Source: Tubulanus polymorphus
Taxonomy: Eukaryota > Animalia > Nemertea
NCBI RefSeq assembly: GCF_964204645.1
Contig: NC_134033.1
Location: 62,001 to 126,000 of the forward strand
Direction: 5' to 3'
Length of the DNA: 64,000 bases
Part shown: positions 54,501 to 64,000 of the stretch, piece by piece
Layout: every line of letters begins with the position of its first letter
Numbering within the stretch: position 1 is the first letter of the stretch
Position numbers and translations under genes: made by a program
The notes under the pieces: model-generated
What the model was told of the DNA's origin: nothing
Database searches by the model: none
What the model saw: only the letters and a program-made list of their open reading frames with translations

Positions 54501-57500
54501 CTGTTTCTTTACTCATCTTTTCAGATTGAATCCATCATCTTCAGAACCAAAAGCAGCCAGAAAATTCTTATTCTTTCCACCTATCTATTTGAAATCAGTT
54601 CAATACACCCAAACCCATCAATTAAGATAGAATTCATCATCTTTAGAACCATATTTAGCTAGAAAAATCTGTATCTTTCAACCCATCTACTCGAAATAAG
54701 TTCAGTTTACCTTAACCTATCATTTCGGATCGAGTCTATCATCTTCAGAACCAAATGCAGCCAGAAAATTCTGATTCTTTCAACCTATCTATTTTAAATC
54801 AGTTCAATACGCCTTAACCCATCTTTTCAGATTGAATCCATCAACTTCAGAAGCATAAGTAGTCAGAAAATTCTTAATCTTTCAAACCAATCTATTAAAA
54901 ATCAGTTCTGTACATCCTAACCCATCAATTAAGATAGAATTCATCATCTTTAGAACCATATTTAGCTAGAAAAATCTGTATCTTTCAACCCATCTACTCG
55001 AAATAAGTTCAGTTTACCTGAACCTATCATTTCGGATCGAGTCTATCATCTTCAGAACCAAATGCAGCCAGAAAATTCTGATTCTTTCAACCTATCTATT
55101 TTAAATCAGTTCAATACGCCTTAACCCATCTTTTCAGATTGAATCCATCAACTTCAGAAGCATAAGTAGTCAGAAAATTCTTAATCTTTCAACCAATCTA
55201 TTAAAAATCAGTTCTGTACATCCTAACCCATCAATTAAGATAGGATTCATCATCTTTAGAACCATACTTAGCTAGAAAAATCTGTATCTTTCAACCCATC
55301 TACTCGAAATAAGTTCAGTTTACCTTAACCTATCATTTCGGATCGAGTCTATCATCTTCAGAACCAAATGCAGCAAGAAAATTCTGATTCTTTCAACCTA
55401 TCTATTTCAAATCAGTTCAATACGCCTTAACCCATCTTTTCAGATTGAATCCATCAATTTCAGAAGCATAAGTAGCAAGAAAATTCTGAATCTTTCCACC
55501 TATCTATTTGAAATCAGTTCAATACGCCTTAACCCATCTTTTCAGATTGAATCCATCATCTTCAGAACCAAAAGCAGCCAGAAAATTCTGTTTCTTTCCA
55601 CCTATCTATTTGAAATAAGTTCAATACGCCTTAACCCATCTTTTCACATTGATCCATCATCTTTAGAAACAAAAGCAGCCAGAAAATTCGGTTTCTTTCC
55701 ACCTATCTATTTGAAATCAGTTCAATACGCCCTAACCCATCTTTTTAGATTGAATCCATCATCTTCAGAACCAAAAGCAGCCAGAAAATTCGGTTTCTTT
55801 CCACCTATCTATTTGAAATCAGTTCAATACGCCTTTACTCATCTTTTCAGATTGAATCCATCATCTTCAGAACCAAAAGCAGCCACAAAATTCTTATTCT
55901 TTCCACCTATCTATTTGAAATCAGTTCAATACACCCAAACTCATCAATTAAATTAGAATTCATCATCTTTAGAACCATATTTAGCTAGAAAAATCTGTAT
56001 CTTTCAACCCATCTACTCGAAATCAGTTCAGTTTACCTTATCCTATCATTTCAGATCGAGTCTATCATCTTCAGAACCAAAAGCAGCCAGAAAATTCTGA
56101 TTCTTTCAACCTATCTATTTTAAATCAGTTCAATACGCCTTTACTCATCTTTTCAGATTGAATCCATCAATTTCAGAAGCGTAAGTAGCAAAAAAATTCT
56201 GAATCTTTCCACCTATCTATTTGAAATCAGTTCAATACACCCAAACCCATCAATTAAGAGAGAATTCATCATCTTTAGAACAATATTTAGCTAGAAAAAT
56301 CTGTATCTTTCAACCCATCTACTCGAAATAAGTTCAGTTTACCTTAACCTATCATTTCGGATCGAGTCTATCATCTTCAGAACCAAATGCAGCCAGAAAA
56401 TTCTGATTCTTTCCACCTATCTATTTGAAATCAGTTCAATACGCCTTTACTCATCTTTTCAGATTGAATCCATCATCTTTAGAACCAAAAGCAGCCAGAA
56501 AATTCTGTTTCTTTCCACCTATCTATTTGAAATCAGTTCAATACGCCTTTACTCATCTTTTCAGATTGAATCCATCATCTTTAGAACCAAAAGCAGCCAG
56601 AAAATTCTGTTTCTTTCCACCTATCTATTTGAAATCAGTTCAATACGCCTTTACTCATCTTTTCAGATTGAATCCATCATCTTCAGAACCAAAAGCAGCC
56701 ACAAAATTCTTATTCTTTCCACCTATCTATTTGAAATCAGTTCAATACACCCAAACTCATCAATTAAATTAGAATTCATCATCTTTAGAACCATATTTAG
56801 CTAGAAAAATCTGTATCTTTCAACCCATCTACTCGAAATCAGTTCAGTTTACCTTATCCTATCATTTCAGATCGAGTCTATCATCTTCAGAACCAAAAGC
56901 AGCCAGAAAATTCTGATTCTTTCAACCTATCTATTTTAAATCAGTTCAATACGCCTTTACTCATCTTTTCAGATTGAATCCATCAATTTCAGAAGCGTAA
57001 GTAGCAAAAAAATTCTGAATCTTTCCACCTATCTATTTGAAATCAGTTCAATACACCCAAACCCATCAATTAAGAGAGAATTCATCATCTTTAGAACAAT
57101 ATTTAGCTAGAAAAATCTGTATCTTTCAACCCATCTACTCGAAATAAGTTCAGTTTACCTTAACCTATCATTTCGGATCGAGTCTATCATCTTCAGAACC
57201 AAATGCAGCCAGAAAATTCTGATTCTTTCCACCTATCTATTTGAAATCAGTTCAATACGCCTTAACCCATCTTTTCACATTGATCCATCATCTTTAGAAA
57301 CAAAAGCAGCCAGAAAATTCGGTTTCTTTCCACCTATCTATTTGAAATCAGTTCAATACGCCCTAACCCATCTTTTTAGATTGAATCCATCATCTTCAGA
57401 ACCAAAAGCAGCCAGAAAATTCGGTTTCTTTCCACCTATCTATTTGAAATCAGTTCAATACGCCTTTACTCATCTTTTCAGATTGAATCCATCATCTTCA

Positions 57501-60500
57501 GAACCAAAAGCAGCCACAAAATTCTTATTCTTTCCACCTATCTATTTGAAATCAGTTCAATACACCCAAACTCATCAATTAAATTAGAATTCATCATCTT
57601 TAGAACCATATTTAGCTAGAAAAATCTGTATCTTTCAACCCATCTACTCGAAATCAGTTCAGTTTACCTTATCCTATCATTTCAGATCGAGTCTATCATC
57701 TTCAGAACCAAAAGCAGCCAGAAAATTCTGATTCTTTCAACCTATCTATTTTAAATCAGTTCAATACGCCTTTACTCATCTTTTCAGATTGAATCCATCA
57801 ATTTCAGAAGCGTAAGTAGCAAAAAAATTCTGAATCTTTCCACCTATCTATTTGAAATCAGTTCAATACACCCAAACCCATCAATTAAGAGAGAATTCAT
57901 CATCTTTAGAACAATATTTAGCTAGAAAAATCTGTATCTTTCAACCCATCTACTCGAAATAAGTTCAGTTTACCTTAACCTATCATTTCGGATCGAGTCT
58001 ATCATCTTCAGAACCAAATGCAGCCAGAAAATTCTGATTCTTTCCACCTATCTATTTGAAATCAGTTCAATACGCCTTTACTCATCTTTTCAGATTGAAT
58101 CCATCATCTTTAGAACCAAAAGCAGCCAGAAAATTCTGTTTCTTTCCACCTATCTATTTGAAATCAGTTCAATACGCCTTTACTCATCTTTTCAGATTGA
58201 ATCCATCATCTTTAGAACCAAAAGCAGCCAGAAAATTCTGTTTCTTTCCACCTATCTATTTGAAATCAGTTCAATACGCCTTTACTCATCTTTTCAGATT
58301 GAATCCATCATCTTCAGAACCAAAAGCAGCCAGAAAATTCTTATTCTTTCCACCTATCTATTTGAAATCAGTTCAGTACGCCTTAACCCATCTTTTCAGA
58401 TTGAATCCATCATCTTCAGAACAAAAGCAGCCAGAAAATTCTTATTCTTTCCACCTATCTATTTGAAATCAGTTCAATACGCCTTTACTCATCTTTTCAG
58501 ATTGAATCCATCATCTTCAGAACCAAAAGCAGCCAGAAAATTCTTATTCTTTCCACCTATCTATTTGAAATCAGTTCAGTACGCCTTAACCCATCTTTTC
58601 AGATTGAATCCATCATCTTCAGAACAAAAGCAGCCAGAAAATTCTTATTCTTTCCACCTATCTATTTGAAATCAGTTCAATACGCCTTTACTCATCTTTT
58701 CAGATTGAATCCATCATCTTCAGAACCAAAAGCAGCCAGAAAATTCTTATTCTTTCCACCTATCTATTTGAAATCAGTTCAGTACGCCTTAACCCATCTT
58801 TTCAGATTGAATCCATCAATTTCAGAAGCATAAGTAGCAAGAAAATTCTGAATCTTTCCACCTATCTATTTGAAATCAGTTCAATACGCCTTAACCCATC
58901 TTTTCAGATTGAATCCATCATCTTCAGAACCAAAAGCAGCCAGAAAATTCTGTTTCTTTCCACCTATCTATTTGAAATAAGTTCAATACGCCTTAACCCA
59001 TCTTTTCACATTGATCCATCATCTTTAGAAACAAAAGCAGCCAGAAAATTCGGTTTCTTTCCACCTATCTATTTGAAATCAGTTCAATACGCCCTAACCC
59101 ATCTTTTTAGATTGAATCCATCATCTTCAGAACCAAAAGCAGCCAGAAAATTCGGTTTCTTTCCACCTATCTATTTGAAATCAGTTCAATACGCCTTTAC
59201 TCATCTTTTCAGATTGAATCCATCATCTTCAGAACCAAAAGCAGCCACAAAATTCTTATTCTTTCCACCTATCTATTTGAAATCAGTTCAATACACCCAA
59301 ACTCATCAATTAAATTAGAATTCATCATCTTTAGAACCATATTTAGCTAGAAAAATCTGTATCTTTCAACCCATCTACTCGAAATCAGTTCAGTTTACCT
59401 TATCCTATCATTTCAGATCGAGTCTATCATCTTCAGAACCAAAAGCAGCCAGAAAATTCTGATTCTTTCAACCTATCTATTTTAAATCAGTTCAATACGC
59501 CTTTACTCATCTTTTCAGATTGAATCCATCAATTTCAGAAGCGTAAGTAGCAAAAAAATTCTGAATCTTTCCACCTATCTATTTGAAATCAGTTCAATAC
59601 ACCCAAACCCATCAATTAAGAGAGAATTCATCATCTTTAGAACAATATTTAGCTAGAAAAATCTGTATCTTTCAACCCATCTACTCGAAATAAGTTCAGT
59701 TTACCTTAACCTATCATTTCGGATCGAGTCTATCATCTTCAGAACCAAATGCAGCCAGAAAATTCTGATTCTTTCCACCTATCTATTTGAAATCAGTTCA
59801 ATACGCCTTTACTCATCTTTTCAGATTGAATCCATCATCTTTAGAACCAAAAGCAGCCAGAAAATTCTGTTTCTTTCCACCTATCTATTTGAAATCAGTT
59901 CAATACGCCTTTACTCATCTTTTCAGATTGAATCCATCATCTTTAGAACCAAAAGCAGCCAGAAAATTCTGTTTCTTTCCACCTATCTATTTGAAATCAG
60001 TTCAATACGCCTTTACTCATCTTTTCAGATTGAATCCATCATCTTCAGAACCAAAAGCAGCCAGAAAATTCTTATTCTTTCCACCTATCTATTTGAAATC
60101 AGTTCAGTACGCCTTAACCCATCTTTTCAGATTGAATCCATCATCTTCAGAACAAAAGCAGCCAGAAAATTCTTATTCTTTCCACCTATCTATTTGAAAT
60201 CAGTTCAATACGCCTTTACTCATCTTTTCAGATTGAATCCATCATCTTCAGAACCAAAAGCAGCCAGAAAATTCTTATTCTTTCCACCTATCTATTTGAA
60301 ATCAGTTCAGTACGCCTTAACCCATCTTTTCAGATTGAATCCATCAACTTCAGAAGCATAAGTAGTCAGAAAATTCTTACTCTTTCAACCAATCTATTAA
60401 AAATCAGTTCTGTACATCCTAACCCATCAATTAAGATAGAATTCATCATCATCTTTAGAACCATATTTAGCTAGAAAAATCTGTATCTTTCAACCCATCT

Positions 60501-63500
60501 ACTCGAAATAAGTTCAGTTTACCTTAACCTATCATTTCGGATCGAGTCTATCATCTTCAGAACCAAATGCAGCCAGAAAATTCTGATTCTTTCAACCTAT
60601 CTATTTTAAATCAGTTCAATACGCCTTAACCCATCTTTTCAGATTGAATCCATCAACTTCAGAAGCATAAGTAGTCAGAAAATTCTTAATCTTTCAACCA
60701 ATCTATTAAAAATCAGTTCTGTACATCCTAACCCATCAATTATGATAGAATTCATCATCTTTAGAACCATATTTAGCTAGAAAAATCTGTATCTTTCAAC
60801 CCATCTACTCGAAATCAGTTCAGTTTACCTTATCCTATCATTTCAGATCGAGTCTATCATCTTCAGAACCAAAAGCAGCCAGAAAATTCTGATTCTTTCA
60901 ACCTATCTATTTGAAATCAGTTCAATACGCCTTTACTCATCTTTTCAGATTGAATCCATCATCTTCAGAACCAAAAGCAGCCAGAAAATTCTTATTCTTT
61001 CCACCTATCTATTTGAAATCAGTTCAGTACGCCTTAACCCATCTTTTCAGATTGAATCCATCATCTTCAGAACAAAAGCAGCCAGAAAATTCTTATTCTT
61101 TCCACCTATCTATTTGAAATCAGTTCAATACGCCTTTACTCATCTTTTCAGATTGAATCCATCATCTTCAGAACCAAAAGCAGCCAGAAAATTCTTATTC
61201 TTTCCACCTATCTATTTGAAATCAGTTCAGTACGCCTTAACCCATCTTTTCAGATTGAATCCATCAACTTCAGAAGCATAAGTAGTCAGAAAATTCTTAC
61301 TCTTTCAACCAATCTATTAAAAATCAGTTCTGTACATCCTAACCCATCAATTAAGATAGGATTCATCATCTTTAGAACCATACTTAGCTAGAAAAATCTG
61401 TATCTTTCAACCCATCTACTCGAAATAAGTTCAGTTTACCTTAACCTATCATTTCGGATCGAGTCTATCATCTTCAGAACCAAATGCAGCAAGAAAATTC
61501 TGATTCTTTCAACCTATCTATTTCAAATCAGTTCAATACGCCTTAACCCATCTTTTCAGATTGAATCCATCAATTTCAGAAGCATAAGTAGCAAGAAAAT
61601 TCTGAATCTTTCCACCTATCTATTTGAAATCAGTTCAATACGCCTTAACCCATCTTTTCAGATTGAATCCATCATCTTCAGAACCAAAAGCAGCCAGAAA
61701 ATTCTGTTTCTTTCCACCTATCTATTTGAAATAAGTTCAATACGCCTTAACCCATCTTTTCACATTGATCCATCATCTTTAGAAACAAAAGCAGCCAGAA
61801 AATTCGGTTTCTTTCCACCTATCTATTTGAAATCAGTTCAATACGCCCTAACCCATCTTTTTAGATTGAATCCATCATCTTCAGAACCAAAAGCAGCCAG
61901 AAAATTCGGTTTCTTTCCACCTATCTATTTGAAATCAGTTCAATACGCCTTTACTCATCTTTTCAGATTGAATCCATCATCTTCAGAACCAAAAGCAGCC
62001 ACAAAATTCTTATTCTTTCCACCTATCTATTTGAAATCAGTTCAATACACCCAAACTCATCAATTAAATTAGAATTCATCATCTTTAGAACCATATTTAG
62101 CTAGAAAAATCTGTATCTTTCAACCCATCTACTCGAAATCAGTTCAGTTTACCTTATCCTATCATTTCAGATCGAGTCTATCATCTTCAGAACCAAAAGC
62201 AGCCAGAAAATTCTGATTCTTTCAACCTATCTATTTTAAATCAGTTCAATACGCCTTTACTCATCTTTTCAGATTGAATCCATCAATTTCAGAAGCGTAA
62301 GTAGCAAAAAAATTCTGAATCTTTCCACCTATCTATTTGAAATCAGTTCAATACACCCAAACCCATCAATTAAGAGAGAATTCATCATCTTTAGAACAAT
62401 ATTTAGCTAGAAAAATCTGTATCTTTCAACCCATCTACTCGAAATAAGTTCAGTTTACCTTAACCTATCATTTCGGATCGAGTCTATCATCTTCAGAACC
62501 AAATGCAGCCAGAAAATTCTGATTCTTTCCACCTATCTATTTGAAATCAGTTCAATACGCCTTTACTCATCTTTTCAGATTGAATCCATCATCTTTAGAA
62601 CCAAAAGCAGCCAGAAAATTCTGTTTCTTTCCACCTATCTATTTGAAATCAGTTCAATACGCCTTTACTCATCTTTTCAGATTGAATCCATCATCTTTAG
62701 AACCAAAAGCAGCCAGAAAATTCTGTTTCTTTCCACCTATCTATTTGAAATCAGTTCAATACGCCTTTACTCATCTTTTCAGATTGAATCCATCATCTTC
62801 AGAACCAAAAGCAGCCAGAAAATTCTTATTCTTTCCACCTATCTATTTGAAATCAGTTCAGTACGCCTTAACCCATCTTTTCAGATTGAATCCATCATCT
62901 TCAGAACAAAAGCAGCCAGAAAATTCTTATTCTTTCCACCTATCTATTTGAAATCAGTTCAATACGCCTTTACTCATCTTTTCAGATTGAATCCATCATC
63001 TTCAGAACCAAAAGCAGCCAGAAAATTCTTATTCTTTCCACCTATCTATTTGAAATCAGTTCAGTACGCCTTAACCCATCTTTTCAGATTGAATCCATCA
63101 ACTTCAGAAGCATAAGTAGTCAGAAAATTCTTACTCTTTCAACCAATCTATTAAAAATCAGTTCTGTACATCCTAACCCATCAATTAAGATAGGATTCAT
63201 CATCTTTAGAACCATATTTAGCTAGAAAAATCTGTATCTTTCAACCCATCTACTCGAAATAAGTTCAGTTTACCTTAACCTATCATTTCGGATCGAGTCT
63301 ATCATCTTCAGAACCAAATGCAGCCAGAAAATTCTGATTCTTTCAACCTATCTATTTTAAATCAGTTCAATACGCCTTAACCCATCTTTTCAGATTGAAT
63401 CCATCAACTTCAGAAGCATAAGTAGTCAGAAAATTCTTAATCTTTCAACCAATCTATTAAAAATCAGTTCTGTACATCCTAACCCATCAATTATGATAGA

Positions 63501-64000
63501 ATTCATCATCTTTAGAACCATATTTAGCTAGAAAAATCTGTATCTTTCAACCCATCTACTCGAAATCAGTTCAGTTTACCTTATCCTATCATTTCAGATC
63601 GAGTCTATCATCTTCAGAACCAAAAGCAGCCAGAAAATTCTGATTCTTTCAACCTATCTATTTGAAATCAGTTCAATACGCCTTTACTCATCTTTTCAGA
63701 TTGAATCCATCAATTTCAGAAGCATAAGTAGCAAGAAAATTCTGAATCTTTCCACCTATCTATTTGAAATCAGTTCAATACGCCCTAACCCATCTTTTCA
63801 GATTGAATCCATCATCTTCAGAACCAAAAGCAGCCAGAAAATTCTGATTCTTTCCACCTATCTATTCGAAATCAGTTCAATACACCCAAACCCATCAATT
63901 AAGATAGAATTCATCATCTTTAGAACCATATTTAGCTAGAAAAATCTGTATCTTTCAACCCATCAACTCGAAATAAGTTCAGTTTACCTTAACCTATCAT
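54500..64000. repeat. Distal satellite subfamily with 203-, 815/816-, 1731- and 2754-bp periodicities
   Basis: ORF series 55711/57342/59073/61827 and 56425/58056/59787/62541. Diagnostic variants 'aaactcatcaattaaattag', 'aagagagaa', 'gaagcgtaagtagcaaaaaaa', 'ttcagtacg', 'cagaacaaaag', 'gataggattc', 'attatgatag'. Confidence 0.9.

Larger units (their letters stand above)
1..64000. repeat. Tandem satellite DNA array, 102-bp monomer, ~627 copies, single orientation, open at both window ends
   Basis: The motifs 'catcatctt(t/c)agaacca', 'agaaaa(t/a)tct' and 'agttca' recur every 102 bp from base 1 to 64000. No non-repeat sequence or reverse-complement monomer was seen. ORF-track offsets are multiples of 102 plus or minus small indels. 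Confidence 0.99.

Noticed and set aside
1003-62951. About 90 plus-strand ORFs with a 34-aa repeat (LNPSSLEPKAARKFCFFPPIYLKSVQYAFTHLFR; second frame IESIIFRTKSSQKIL...)
   Set aside because: They are a by-product of a 102-bp unit with two stop-free frames. Starts are mostly TTG, common variants create stops (TGA, TAA, TAG), and 1-bp indels are tolerated. There are no unique N- or C-terminal domains and no recognisable motif.
1-64000. TALE, TPR or ankyrin-like repeat gene suggested by 102 bp = 34 codons
   Set aside because: No TALE (LTPEQVVAIAS...GGKQALE), TPR or ankyrin consensus in the frames I translated. All three minus frames have standard stops in each monomer, and there is no hypervariable di-residue.
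1-64000. CRISPR array (repeat+spacer period, 34-bp subunits, short dyads)
   Set aside because: There are no unique spacers, the entire unit is repeated, and no leader or cas genes are present.
1-64000. Embedded transposon, inversion, telomeric repeat or RNA gene
   Set aside because: No stretch departs from the monomer alignment beyond small indels, and no reverse-orientation monomer was seen.
1-64000. Whole array as a sequencing or assembly artefact (e.g. rolling-circle concatemer)
   Set aside because: The hierarchical, position-specific variant haplotypes and subfamily domains indicate real evolutionary history. Exact copy numbers of near-identical HORs still need read validation.

Overview
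The whole 64-kb window is one uninterrupted, head-to-tail, single-orientation tandem satellite array. The monomer is 102 bp (about 627 copies, about 34% GC, C:G = 25:10 on the + strand in the consensus). I see no genes, RNA genes, transposons, CRISPR spacers, unique sequence or inversions. All listed ORFs are artefacts of a monomer length divisible by 3: they mostly use TTG starts and are broken by polymorphic stops and 1-bp indels. The array is organised at several scales. (i) The 102-bp monomer appears to be an ancient trimer of a 34-bp unit, with a short dyad near each subunit junction. (ii) A small alphabet of monomer types (A, A', B, A'', C, D, and 101/105-bp indel variants) is combined with a near-strict order. 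(iii) Many short-lived higher-order repeats (2-, 4-, 5-, 8-, 9-, 12-, 15-, 19-, 27-, 28-mers) are nested inside 8.76-kb and 11.4-13.6-kb duplications. (iv) The subfamily switches at about 54.5 kb, and relics of the distal subfamily survive at about 1-800 and 9.8-11.6 kb. This architecture is typical of eukaryotic centromeric or pericentromeric satellite DNA, but that assignment, the organism and the satellite family cannot be established from sequence alone. All counts were made by eye and block boundaries are approximate.
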